Of a stretch of DNA of 46,656 nucleotides, positions 1 to 9,136 are shown in pieces (the stretch's first letter is position 1; every line of letters begins with the position of its first letter). Source of the stretch: Candidatus Thorarchaeota archaeon (GTDB lineage Archaea > Asgardarchaeota > Thorarchaeia > Thorarchaeales > Thorarchaeaceae). The notes under the pieces were generated by a model. It did not search any database. It saw only the letters and a list, made by a program, of their open reading frames with translations, and was not told the DNA's origin. Location: assembly GCA_048882325.1 (NCBI GenBank), contig JBHLRS010000021.1, positions 6,140 to 52,795 on the forward strand. Reading direction: 5' to 3'. The position numbers and the translations under genes were made by a program.

Positions 1-217
1 AACACTCGACTTAGTGTCCAATATCCAGTATTTCGTGTGTCCTGAGATTAAACCGGATGAGTGTGCTGAATTCGAATACATCAATAACAGAGATACAATT
101 TTCTCACCAACGATTGAAGAAGGCACTTTACTATATAGTAGAATTCTGACGCAATGGGAAAATGGGAGCGAGATGATACTGACTACACCACCTTCTGCCT
201 TACTCTACACTCATTGA
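1..217 (+). CDS. 3' end of a hypothetical protein starting before the window
   Basis: Frame of the 14..217 ORF is open back to position 2 (TLDLVSNIQYF...); ends TGA at 215-217; no recognisable motif. Confidence 0.5.
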   Translation, partial: TLDLVSNIQYFVCPEIKPDECAEFEYINNRDTIFSPTIEEGTLLYSRILTQWENGSEMILTTPPSALLYTH

Positions 218-291
218 CAATAGTCATACCATGAGAAATGAGAAGTCAGGTCTGTCAACTCTGCATGCAAGAGGAAAAACGTAATCGTGAT

Positions 292-915
292 TTATTGGTT
301 GAGAGGGGCGTTACATGTTTCAAAAGTGACGTTTACAATACGTAGTAGGTAATTCCTAAGTTCGATATCATTCGAGAATACTGGGAATTTGATGTGAGTA
401 TTAATGACTCTATCCAGAATATGGAATAGCAATGCGATTCTTCTAAATATATCTGCTTCAGAGCAGCCCTTCAATTCACTGACCCTTTTGAATCGCTGTG
501 CCAGATCATTATAGAAGTTTGAGGTGATCTTTGTGATTTCTTGCATTGTTTCTTGCCCTTTACTCAATTGAGGACTTACAAGCTCCTGCACAAAAAGATT
601 AGAGCGGCGCACCTCAATTGCGTTATCTATAATGCTGGACCAGACCTTCAGGAATCCAGCATAGTCCAATGTTTCAGGGAGTTCCAAATCGGTTATGCTT
701 CGCATGTTTCTTCGCATGATCTCAAAGAAGATGTCCACCTTTCCTTTGGGAAAGTAACGATAGACAGTCCCAATACTTACATCAGCCCTCTCTGGAATGT
801 CCCGGACACTGGCCCGATGAAGTCCCTTCTCTCTAATGATATCGATCATGGTCTCAATAATATCCTCAATCTTCGCATCCTTGTCACGTGTGAACTTCTT
901 CTCACTTTTCTCCAT
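292..915 (-). CDS. TetR/AcrR family transcriptional regulator
   Basis: N-terminal TetR HTH: IIETMIDIIREKGLHRASVRDIPERADVSIGTVYRYFP; likely start ATG 915 (MEKSEKK); divergent from the methyltransferase. Confidence 0.92.
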   Translation of the reverse strand: MEKSEKKFTRDKDAKIEDIIETMIDIIREKGLHRASVRDIPERADVSIGTVYRYFPKGKVDIFFEIMRRNMRSITDLELPETLDYAGFLKVWSSIIDNAIEVRRSNLFVQELVSPQLSKGQETMQEITKITSNFYNDLAQRFKRVSELKGCSEADIFRRIALLFHILDRVINTHIKFPVFSNDIELRNYLLRIVNVTFETCNAPLNQ

Positions 916-957
916 GACTATCCAACCTAGTTTTGTGACAGTCCTATATGGCTGTAT

Positions 958-1002
958 CTGAACCAATGTTCAGTTAGGAAGACATATATGAACATTTGTT
1001 CA
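958..1002. promoter_or_regulatory. Two TGAAC-N4-GTTCA palindromes, probable TetR operators
   Basis: CTGAACCAATGTTCAG (958-973) and TGAACATTTGTTCA (989-1002), 30 bp apart, in the divergent intergenic region with CATATATG adjoining the second site. Confidence 0.75.
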
Positions 1003-1015
1003 CTTACTGCTGGGT

Positions 1016-1630
1016 GTGACCAATATGGACCTAAATTCAGTCCTAAGAATCATGTATTTGCTGCTTTGGCTCTTCTACATGCTGTCAAGACTCTTACCCT
1101 CAAGAGGACTCCCAAGTCTTGAGACTTCAAGGGCGGATCGTCGTGCATCAATGAAGAAGGAGGGATGGTATATCTTCTTCACGATTGCATTGTCTTGGTA
1201 TGGAAACCTCGCTGTGGCTATACTCTATCTGCTTAACCCACCATGGATGTTGTGGTCATACTTGTATTTGCCCATAGAGATTCGGCTGGTTGGAGTAGGC
1301 ATCGCATTGGTTCTAGTTCCTTATACCTACTGGATTGGAAAAACACTTGGTAGTAATTATTCTGATACACTGCAAATCCAAGATAAACAGACTCTCATTA
1401 CATCTGGCCCTTATAGAAGAGTTAGACACCCGATATACGCATCTGCAATCTATTTTCTAGGTGCACTTGTATTGGTCTCGGATAACTTCCTCTTCCTGAT
1501 TCTCCTCATGCTGCTAATTCCTGGCGTATATCGTAGGATGAAGAAAGAGGAAGAAATGATGGTTGACCAGTTTGGAGATGAGTACCTGGATTATATGAAG
1601 AGGACAGGCAGAATATTCCCAAAGATTTAG
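1016..1630 (+). CDS. Isoprenylcysteine carboxylmethyltransferase (ICMT/PEMT/Ste14-like) family membrane protein
   Basis: Multiple TM segments; LITSGPYRRVRHPIY and EEEMMVDQFGDEYLDYMKRTGRIFP family motifs. Confidence 0.9.
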   Translation: MTNMDLNSVLRIMYLLLWLFYMLSRLLPSRGLPSLETSRADRRASMKKEGWYIFFTIALSWYGNLAVAILYLLNPPWMLWSYLYLPIEIRLVGVGIALVLVPYTYWIGKTLGSNYSDTLQIQDKQTLITSGPYRRVRHPIYASAIYFLGALVLVSDNFLFLILLMLLIPGVYRRMKKEEEMMVDQFGDEYLDYMKRTGRIFPKI

Positions 1631-1955
1631 CGCACAAATATTTAGCGAAATATCTCTCGTGAAGTCCTTGAAGCTGACTCTCTACTATACAGACAGCCGG
1701 AGCTTTGGTAAGAAGCAGATCTAGCAGCAAGTATGCAAAAAGAACCACATCAATAGTGTCATAGTTTACCTTGAGGTTGCTGTGGATTTCATCAATCAAT
1801 GCGTACACAACAGGATGGATTGTCGTAATACTCTTGAGTCACTTGGTTTAGGTTCTGGTCCTGTGTTAGTTTTGCAGCTGTGCCAGAAACTCAAAGATAG
1901 TGACGATTCTTGAGTGACTCTACCTGACATGTGTTTTTCCGAATCAGGATTGATT

Positions 1956-2100
1956 CTATTCTTCATGGTTGATTATTGCAACACTCTCCACTTTGTGTCC
2001 TTCTTTGACATAGGCATGAGCCTCTGCAATCTGTTCTAGAGAATTTGTTCTATCAATGAGGACTCGTATCCTCTTCGACTCCACAAGTTGCTCTAGTAGT
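1956..2100 (-). pseudogene. C-terminal remnant of an MDR-family NAD(P)-dependent alcohol dehydrogenase/quinone oxidoreductase
   Basis: Hand translation [47 protein letters not shown] resembles the family C-terminus (..[34 protein letters not shown]); rest of gene absent. Confidence 0.7.
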
Positions 2101-2290
2101 CCTTGGTTTGCTGGAAACCTAATTGATTGCATTGGAATCTGAATCCTGAGTCATCGTCATGGCACGCAAAATCTTCGGACCTGAATGTCTTCCATATCGG
2201 CAAGATGGATAATTTGAATAAAATTAGTGAGAGAAGACTTAGGTTCCCCTTTTCACTTTCTTTTTTCCCAATGCAAACTTCTTTTTTCAT

Positions 2291-5200
2291 TTATCTTGTA
2301 CTTTGGATGAACTGTCTTTCTTTTCTTTGCTCTCGCTCCCATTTCTTTCTTTCAGAACGAAGCTTGAAAACATCTACATCCTTGTAGAGTAGACCTTCCT
2401 CTCCAGGCGGCATCTCTCTTTTAACCCGCTCCTTCTCTGGCGTATTTATCAAAGATCCACCGAATGCTGCCATATTCGCAAAGAAGCAGTAAGCATAGAT
2501 GGACCTTCGAGCGTCGAAATGGACTGCTTCAAAATCTGCAAAGGTTGGAGTAAAAGCAGGATTTAGGATTATATCAACAGGAGGTTCAGAATTCTTCAGC
2601 TCTACCCTTAAATCCATGTCTAGGAAATCCCGACAGATGACAATTGCAATCCTTCCAAACTGGGTATTACACACGATAGTCTTCTTAGGAAAAGAACCTA
2701 CATCTATCTGCTCCTTGAAACGCTTGCCTTCTATCTGAACAGTTGCTGGAATATGTTTCTCCTGTTTCCAGAGTATTCCTTCTGGGCCTATGACCACACT
2801 GATATTTCGTCTTGTTTCCAAGTCATGGTATGAACCTGGAACAATGTACATCCCATTGATATTCGCCAGATTTAATATGTCCTCTAGGAGTTCTTCATAA
2901 TTGAGATCTATGGCTAGTTCAGGAAAGAGCAAGATTTCAACACCTTCGGAATGAGCTGTGTCTATCATGCTTCTGACCTTTGACCGTACTTCTTCTACCT
3001 TCTCCTCCCGCAGACCAAGAAGGCCTCGGTTCTTCTCTTCATAGTTCTCATTCAGGAAGTCAGCATTTTCGGAAATGCCAATTTGAGCAATGCCAACTCT
3101 GCACTCCTTCCTCTCAACTTGAGGATGTTCTTTCAGCAGGTCTCTATAGACAATAGCGAATTTGCTGCCTGGTGTGCTCGCTGATAATCGCAATGTTCCC
3201 TCGGTGTATTGACGTACATCGCTTATTCTCGGAGAAAAACTTGATTCAACGGAACTAGCGGGAGCAATAATTCCCAACGCGCTTTTGGATACTGATGAAT
3301 CAAGGAGAGTATCAAGAGCTGAAACAAGTATGCTCTCTTCCTTTTCTAAAAGCTCCAGACGTTCAAGGACGTCTTTTTCCTTGTTTTCGTAACCAGCCTG
3401 TCCGAAGAGTTCCGCAGCTGACTTCAAGTATCTGTTTCCGATCCGCAGGAGCTTCCTCCGCTCATCCAAGTCTAGCTCCTCGTCAGCTTTCATCAAATGC
3501 CAAATCGCATCAAAGTATGTGGAGGTTGCCAATGCCCAGTTCGCTCCACTTTCGTAACCAGCCTTCTGGTATGAAGAGGATGCTCTTCGGAGTTTCGATT
3601 TTATTCGTGTGTATAACTCTGTTTTTACTTCAGCATCTGTGGAGTTATCGAATTTGCAGCCATACTCCAATGCTTGACAGAAGGCAGAGTTTCCTGATGC
3701 AAGAGCCTTCAGATTGCTCTCGGTAAAGATTTTGCTCGCTTTTGTGAACAGTTTTACCGCTTCCGAAAACCGGTCAGGATCCTGGTACTCTTCTGCAAGC
3801 TCCATGGTCTCCCAAGCTCTACAGAGGTTGTATATGGCTTCAAGTTCTCCTCTCTCTCGCTCGATGCTGATTAATGAGAAGACTTCTCTGAATTGGGAAG
3901 CGGCATGCGCAAATCTCTCAGCGGCCTCAAGATGCTTCCCTTGTTTGCCCAGAGATCGTGCACCTTCAATCTGGGCACGGGCAGAACAATAGCTCATTCT
4001 CGCACGGGCCAGTTTCACGAGCTTCTCGACTCGCCCTCTTTCTACTTTATCCATAGACTGAGTGAGTACTTCTTCCAGATTCCTCGTGGCTTTTTCGAAC
4101 TCCTCTCTAGCTACTTCATATTTCTGAGCGGTCTGCTTGTGTTTTTCCTGTTTGCTTAGTTGTTCTGCATCCTCCAGTAGAGCCCATGCAGAATAATACT
4201 GCGCTTCGTAACTATATCTCTTGAGTTTGCCCAAAATTTTACTTGCCTTCCGATAGTTCGCTTTTGCCTCCGCATGTGCTTCTCTCTTCTGGTGGCTCTT
4301 TGCCCTTTCAATCAATCCCCAAGCAGCAGAATAGTCAACCAGCTCTTGGACTCTCTCTTTAAGTGGTTCGTACAAGGTATCTTTCAAGGAAATCATATGA
4401 GCGTTCTGGGCTTTTTCGTAATGGTCTGCAGATGACAAATGACTACCAAGCTGGTCTTCTATGTGTGCTGTGCATATGTGGGCTGCGGCCTCATAGAAAG
4501 GATAGCCTCTTTCAGTGCTCTCCTTGATAACACGGATGAATGACTTCTTTGCCTCTATTAGTGGTTCGGTTTCCCCTGTTGTAGCGCCGAGCTCTTGGTA
4601 TAGAAGCCCTAACCTCATTTCTGCAAGAATTATACCAGTACGTGATTCTAATGCATGATTGATATACCTCTTGTGGGCATCTGTAGCATCAGTCAGCATT
4701 CTAGTCTTCTCATCTTTGTTCTCAGTAATATCTGCTAGGGTTTTATAGGCTCTGTAAAGAGATGAGTAGCCCGCTGCCTTGGTCCACCCTCCTTCGAATT
4801 TATCCGCGCTTTCTTCAGCCTTTCTTGCATATTCGACCATCTTCTCAGCATGCTCACTTCGGTCTTTCTTGGTTACTGCCAAGATAGCGAGTTGCGAGTG
4901 TGACCAAGTCAGTGTCTGATATGGCAGCGCAGTAATGGGCCCAAGAACAAGTTTCTTTAATCCCTCCTTCGAGTACTCAATGGCTATTTCGGCAAAGGAT
5001 TTTCTTTGCTCGGGAGCCACGAAGCTTCTCTGAGCAAGGTTTGCATAGCAGAGCGCAGGAAGGACGTATGCAATATGGCGCCATGCGGTGAATGAATCAT
5101 CATAAGTACGTCCGAGTTCAACAACCTCCTGAAGGTCATTGAAGATTCGCGTCTGGAGATACTCAAACCGTCCTCCAACCACACCGAGAAAATCCAGCCA

Positions 5201-6088
5201 GAAGAGACAGATAATCTTCAATGGTTTGTCCCCTGTACTGTCTGCATACATTAGCGCTTTTTCAAGCAGATTTAAGCCTTCATCAGCAAACTCTCTTTGT
5301 TGCTCTTCATCTTCCACGAATTGAAATCCAAAAAACCAATTCCAAGCACCAGCCCAGCCATAAATTGTTCCCAGAACTAAGAGATCATCACAATTCTCAG
5401 CGAGGTTCATACTGGTGTTGCACTTTTGAAGAAACTCTTTCCAATACTCTCGCCACTGTTCATCCCATCGAAAAGTCACTGCGAACATTTCAGCCCAACT
5501 TAACATCGATTCAGCGAACAGGGACTCCGCCATAGATTGAAAGTTTCCAACATCTCTTGAGAGCCGCCATGCCTCATCAGCAACATGTCGACCCTCTCGA
5601 TAAAGCTGTTCTAGTTCCTCTTGTCCTGAGGATAGAGTTACCACGTAAGACAATGCCCATGCTGCACGTCCGAGAATCCTAGCAAGACTCTCGCGATCGT
5701 TCTCTCTGGAATAAAGCTCGCTCGCTTCAATGAAACGCTCATAAGACTGTTTGAAAGCTTGTTTTGCCTTCAGGGCAGAATTAGCCAACATACCATTTTC
5801 AAGAAGAATTTCCGCCTTGCACTCCAAGTGGTTTGCTGCTTTCGAACATTGTCTGAATAGGTTGGCGGCTTCTTCGTAGGCTTTGATTGCATGCTTAGTG
5901 AAAACTATGTACTCTTCGACTTTGCTTGCGGTTCTTGAACTGTGCTGGCATGCATGTCCGAGCTTCCTGTAAGCATCAGCCGCTTCGTCAATTCTTCCCT
6001 TCTCCAGACATGCTTTGGCTTCCTGCTCATGTTTCTTTATCGTCTTGGTCCAGCTTAGAGCCTTTTTACCATTTTTAGCTGATTCCAA
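2291..6088 (-). CDS. 1265-aa TPR/SNAP-like helical-repeat protein with C-terminal carbon-nitrogen hydrolase (nitrilase) domain
   Basis: ~950 aa of Ala/Glu/Lys-rich helical repeats (e.g. HLEAAERFAHAASQF); C-terminal RVGIAQIG, LLFPELA (E1057), KQEKHIP (K1111), IVICRDF (C1152) = nitrilase E-K-C triad. Confidence 0.85.
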   Translation of the reverse strand: MESAKNGKKALSWTKTIKKHEQEAKACLEKGRIDEAADAYRKLGHACQHSSRTASKVEEYIVFTKHAIKAYEEAANLFRQCSKAANHLECKAEILLENGMLANSALKAKQAFKQSYERFIEASELYSRENDRESLARILGRAAWALSYVVTLSSGQEELEQLYREGRHVADEAWRLSRDVGNFQSMAESLFAESMLSWAEMFAVTFRWDEQWREYWKEFLQKCNTSMNLAENCDDLLVLGTIYGWAGAWNWFFGFQFVEDEEQQREFADEGLNLLEKALMYADSTGDKPLKIICLFWLDFLGVVGGRFEYLQTRIFNDLQEVVELGRTYDDSFTAWRHIAYVLPALCYANLAQRSFVAPEQRKSFAEIAIEYSKEGLKKLVLGPITALPYQTLTWSHSQLAILAVTKKDRSEHAEKMVEYARKAEESADKFEGGWTKAAGYSSLYRAYKTLADITENKDEKTRMLTDATDAHKRYINHALESRTGIILAEMRLGLLYQELGATTGETEPLIEAKKSFIRVIKESTERGYPFYEAAAHICTAHIEDQLGSHLSSADHYEKAQNAHMISLKDTLYEPLKERVQELVDYSAAWGLIERAKSHQKREAHAEAKANYRKASKILGKLKRYSYEAQYYSAWALLEDAEQLSKQEKHKQTAQKYEVAREEFEKATRNLEEVLTQSMDKVERGRVEKLVKLARARMSYCSARAQIEGARSLGKQGKHLEAAERFAHAASQFREVFSLISIERERGELEAIYNLCRAWETMELAEEYQDPDRFSEAVKLFTKASKIFTESNLKALASGNSAFCQALEYGCKFDNSTDAEVKTELYTRIKSKLRRASSSYQKAGYESGANWALATSTYFDAIWHLMKADEELDLDERRKLLRIGNRYLKSAAELFGQAGYENKEKDVLERLELLEKEESILVSALDTLLDSSVSKSALGIIAPASSVESSFSPRISDVRQYTEGTLRLSASTPGSKFAIVYRDLLKEHPQVERKECRVGIAQIGISENADFLNENYEEKNRGLLGLREEKVEEVRSKVRSMIDTAHSEGVEILLFPELAIDLNYEELLEDILNLANINGMYIVPGSYHDLETRRNISVVIGPEGILWKQEKHIPATVQIEGKRFKEQIDVGSFPKKTIVCNTQFGRIAIVICRDFLDMDLRVELKNSEPPVDIILNPAFTPTFADFEAVHFDARRSIYAYCFFANMAAFGGSLINTPEKERVKREMPPGEEGLLYKDVDVFKLRSERKKWEREQRKERQFIQSTR

Positions 6089-6274
6089 AGAAACCGCTCC
6101 TCAGGACAATTCACATTCTATTGATTGTGCAAACCCAAATAAATATCCTCAAAGAGCCGGGCAATCGTGTGTCAAAGAGGGAGAAAGCATCATCATCTTC
6201 TTCTGCAAATCTCCCTATGAGATGGCCCTATAGGAACGTAGGAGAATCAGAGAAGGAATAGCCAAGCTTTTCTT

Positions 6275-6751
6275 TCACAGTTTTCCATCTTCGCTCATCG
6301 AATGCAGTTTCCGCAATGTGAAATCCAAGAAGAGGTCACAGGTTGATTTCCATTTCTTTTCCATGATATACTCTCCCAACTGATCTCCATCACTGAAGTC
6401 AGTGGAACTGAGGGTCTTGCAGAATGTGCTCCCAAACTTCTCTTTGAAATCCCGGTACAGCTCAGATACCAGTTCTATTGCTTTCCCTCTCTCCTCTGGA
6501 TAGTCTTCAGGAACAGAGTCTTTTCCCAGACCACATTTTATACCAATCGCAACTGAACTTCCAATGAGCAACCCGCAAGTTGCTTCTCCAGATGTTATCG
6601 CTCCAAGATAACCTGCAGTGGCCCAGGTGAACTCAGGATTCTTTATGTCCCACATTTTGAGCAACACCTGAAGGGATGCCTCGGCACAGGTGTATCTATG
6701 CATGCGCTTGTATGCCTGCGTCAAAAGTTCGTCAAACTCGTTCTCTGTCAT
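6275..6751 (-). CDS. C-GCAxxG-C-C family putative redox protein
   Basis: YTCAEA...GAITSGEATCGLLIG...KFGSTFCKTL...TCD four-cysteine pattern. Confidence 0.85.
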   Translation of the reverse strand: MTENEFDELLTQAYKRMHRYTCAEASLQVLLKMWDIKNPEFTWATAGYLGAITSGEATCGLLIGSSVAIGIKCGLGKDSVPEDYPEERGKAIELVSELYRDFKEKFGSTFCKTLSSTDFSDGDQLGEYIMEKKWKSTCDLFLDFTLRKLHSMSEDGKL

Positions 6752-6776
6752 AAAGAGTCCTCGTGAGTAGTTTCAC

Positions 6777-6788
6777 TATTTAAATCTA
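6777..6788 (-). promoter_or_regulatory. TATA box (TAGATTTAAATA) for the C-GCAxxG-C-C gene, probably a leaderless transcript
   Basis: TTTAAATA ends 26 nt upstream of ATG 6751; identical 12-mer at 8392-8403. Confidence 0.6.
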
Positions 6789-6910
6789 GTATTCTTGAGT
6801 TCTTTCTATTCAGGCAGGTGAAACAGAGGTGGTTTCAAATTCTATAGTGAGGCTCTCTCTCCTCTCCTTCATGAATTAGCTATCAGATAGATTTGATCAT
6901 AACTGGATAC

Positions 6911-7537
6911 TCATGAGGGGTACCCCACTGTCTGTGCGAACAGAATCCGCTGAGTAGGACGCAGCTTGAATTCGGCCTTGATACGTTCTTTGTCACAGTT
7001 ATGGAACCAGGTAGCTAACCCCTCAGAAGCAGCAAAGAGATTGATGTTCTGGGCTATGAATCCAGTATCTGTATAGTAATACGATTTCTGAACCTCGGGG
7101 TCACCAATCCGCGGATCGGGTTGATCAGGTCCAAGATCATAACGTAAAAGGTCTACAACATAGAAGATGTTCACCGGTGTATGCTGTGTGAGCCTAGATG
7201 CCCCACCCTGACCAGACAGCATGCTAAAATCTCTTGCAGAAATGGGAGTCAACCGATGAGGGACTGCTTCATACAAATATAGACCACTCTTCAAAGCAAC
7301 GTAAAGATCAATTTCCTGAGAGTTGCTTGCAGAGGGAGATGTCCTTCCTGGTTTGTTGAAGGAGGCTTTCTCACGATTTACACCAAAGGCAGCCCAGAGG
7401 AGAGTCGAGAGGACATGAAGTGGGATCTCTCTCGGGCCAATATTCCGGGTAGTCTGCCTGAGTGACAGGACTTCCAGTAGAGTCTTTCCACCTCTTTTCA
7501 TAGGTTCTGGTAGGACAATTGGATCCATCACACACAC
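6911..7537 (-). CDS. Nitroreductase family protein (SagB/ThcOx-like)
   Basis: LLEVLSLRQTTR, LSTLLWAAFGVNR, RTSPSASNSQEIDLY, DTGFIAQNINLFAASEGL motifs; start GTG 7537 or ATG 7528. Confidence 0.9.
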   Translation of the reverse strand: MCVMDPIVLPEPMKRGGKTLLEVLSLRQTTRNIGPREIPLHVLSTLLWAAFGVNREKASFNKPGRTSPSASNSQEIDLYVALKSGLYLYEAVPHRLTPISARDFSMLSGQGGASRLTQHTPVNIFYVVDLLRYDLGPDQPDPRIGDPEVQKSYYYTDTGFIAQNINLFAASEGLATWFHNCDKERIKAEFKLRPTQRILFAQTVGYPS

Positions 7538-8368
7538 CTAGTCTTGGTCCAGCTCCCATTTCTGATAGACAGCATCGATGCCATCACCTACGACTTCTAT
7601 ATCGGTAATCTCTCCCATGCCAGCCTCATGGAGCCACCGGACATGATCAATGGTGTAGGGATCGATGCCAATGCATCTTGCAGCTGTTGCATCAGCAGCT
7701 ACTGGATCGACACTTGCTATGATCGTGTCCATCTTCACAGGAGTGCCACTCCATGGACCTCTACCAGACTTGCCATAAAAGCCATCGATAACACTGAGAG
7801 TGGGTGGTAGGGTCTTACAGATATCGTAGACGAAGTTGTTCGTTCCAAATTGGTGCATGGAGTATTTGTTACGAGTAGTGAGCATACCGAACATATTCTT
7901 CAATCCCATAGTGATAACTGTATGATGCAGCGTCTTCATTGTTGGTACTGTGACAATGGCTGACTCCACAGCGATGCGGGCCACCTTGAAGCTCTCAATT
8001 GCGCGAGGGTTCTCCACCTCTAATTCGACCTTATCATCAAGCTTCCCCATGTTGATGTACTTAGAACCCAATCGATCAATCACTTCCATCATACCTGTCT
8101 CGATGATTGCCTCGTCTGGGGATGTTGTCCCACCCTCTGTTTCGACCACTATAGCTTTCTTGTCAAGCTCTATGATTTTCATAATCACTGCTTCTACCAC
8201 TATAGGGTCGGTCGTTACCCCCGTCTCGAAGGAGTGACTTGTAATTAGATTTGGTTTCACCAAGACAGTCTCATATTGATCAAGAGCTTCCTTGAACGGT
8301 ATTAATTCCAGTGCTCTCACTACGGGTTCAACACCACGTTCTCCCTTTACAACCGATACTAACGACAC
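7538..8368 (-). CDS. DUF362 family (putative Fe-S) protein
   Basis: VLVKPNL, GVTTDP, MKTLHHTVITMGLKNMFG, SVIDGF..GPWSG, DPVAADA motifs; abuts the nitroreductase. Confidence 0.9.
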   Translation of the reverse strand: MSLVSVVKGERGVEPVVRALELIPFKEALDQYETVLVKPNLITSHSFETGVTTDPIVVEAVIMKIIELDKKAIVVETEGGTTSPDEAIIETGMMEVIDRLGSKYINMGKLDDKVELEVENPRAIESFKVARIAVESAIVTVPTMKTLHHTVITMGLKNMFGMLTTRNKYSMHQFGTNNFVYDICKTLPPTLSVIDGFYGKSGRGPWSGTPVKMDTIIASVDPVAADATAARCIGIDPYTIDHVRWLHEAGMGEITDIEVVGDGIDAVYQKWELDQD

Positions 8369-8391
8369 AGCCCTATTTACAGAATGACGGA

Positions 8392-8403
8392 TATTTAAAT
8401 CTA
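8392..8403 (-). promoter_or_regulatory. TATA box (TAGATTTAAATA) for the DUF362-nitroreductase operon
   Basis: TTTAAATA ends 24 nt upstream of GTG 8368; no Shine-Dalgarno visible. Confidence 0.6.
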
Positions 8404-8471
8404 AAAATGAAGAGAATGCTTTGATTAGCAGATACAGGAAAAGAAATCTTCAGACTCGTTTCAGTTTCGGA

Positions 8472-8822
8472 CTATGTAGTTTCCTTACAAAAGACTCCCC
8501 AGGATATTCCGTATAAGAACTCCTTATCGCTCAGAGGAAGAAAACCAGACCATTGGACTGACATGCCTCTATCTTTTGCTCTCTCTTCTAGAATCTCAGG
8601 CGTCAACTTTCTGAGATAGTCTAGTTTCTCCTGTAACATTCCTTTCCCCTTTGGCGGAAATCCCTTGCCAGCTATACAACCATCACACCAACCTTCAAGC
8701 CAGAGCAACCGGTCTTTGTCTTGTACCTCGGCAAAGATCTCGCTAGGTTTTGGCAGATCAGGAACTAGATTTGCTACGATGGTTAGGATGTCATTCAAAG
8801 ATGGAGTGTTTGAACCCTTCAT
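8472..8822 (-). CDS. Hypothetical protein with CxxC (WCDGC)
   Basis: 116-aa ATG-started ORF, protein-like composition, fills the gap between genes. Confidence 0.6.
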   Translation of the reverse strand: MKGSNTPSLNDILTIVANLVPDLPKPSEIFAEVQDKDRLLWLEGWCDGCIAGKGFPPKGKGMLQEKLDYLRKLTPEILEERAKDRGMSVQWSGFLPLSDKEFLYGISWGVFCKETT

Positions 8823-9136
8823 AATATCACATTTGGAATGTATTGGACAACCAATATCTAATTGTTGTTCAGAGCAAATTGTCTATGTCAATCATATGGA
8901 GTCGGACTCGGTAACGAACAATTCAAGCGTCAGAATTACAATACTGAGTGGAGGAAGAGTATGAGCAGGCATTCCGCGGATAGGCCAAGTAGTCAAACGA
9001 CCCTTCTCTGTTCATTTGGTCTGAATTGTTGCGTAAAAATATGGTCTTAATTAAGAACTGAATGCTTTCGGACCTATAATCTATCGAGTCTTCAAAACTC
9101 AAATACTCGATAGAGAGGCAACGGAGTATATTCCGG

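Noticed and set aside
1506-2387. ORFs 1506-1808, 2093-2290 and 2127-2387 as genes
   Set aside because: They overlap real genes or degraded DNA, with no motifs or credible start signals
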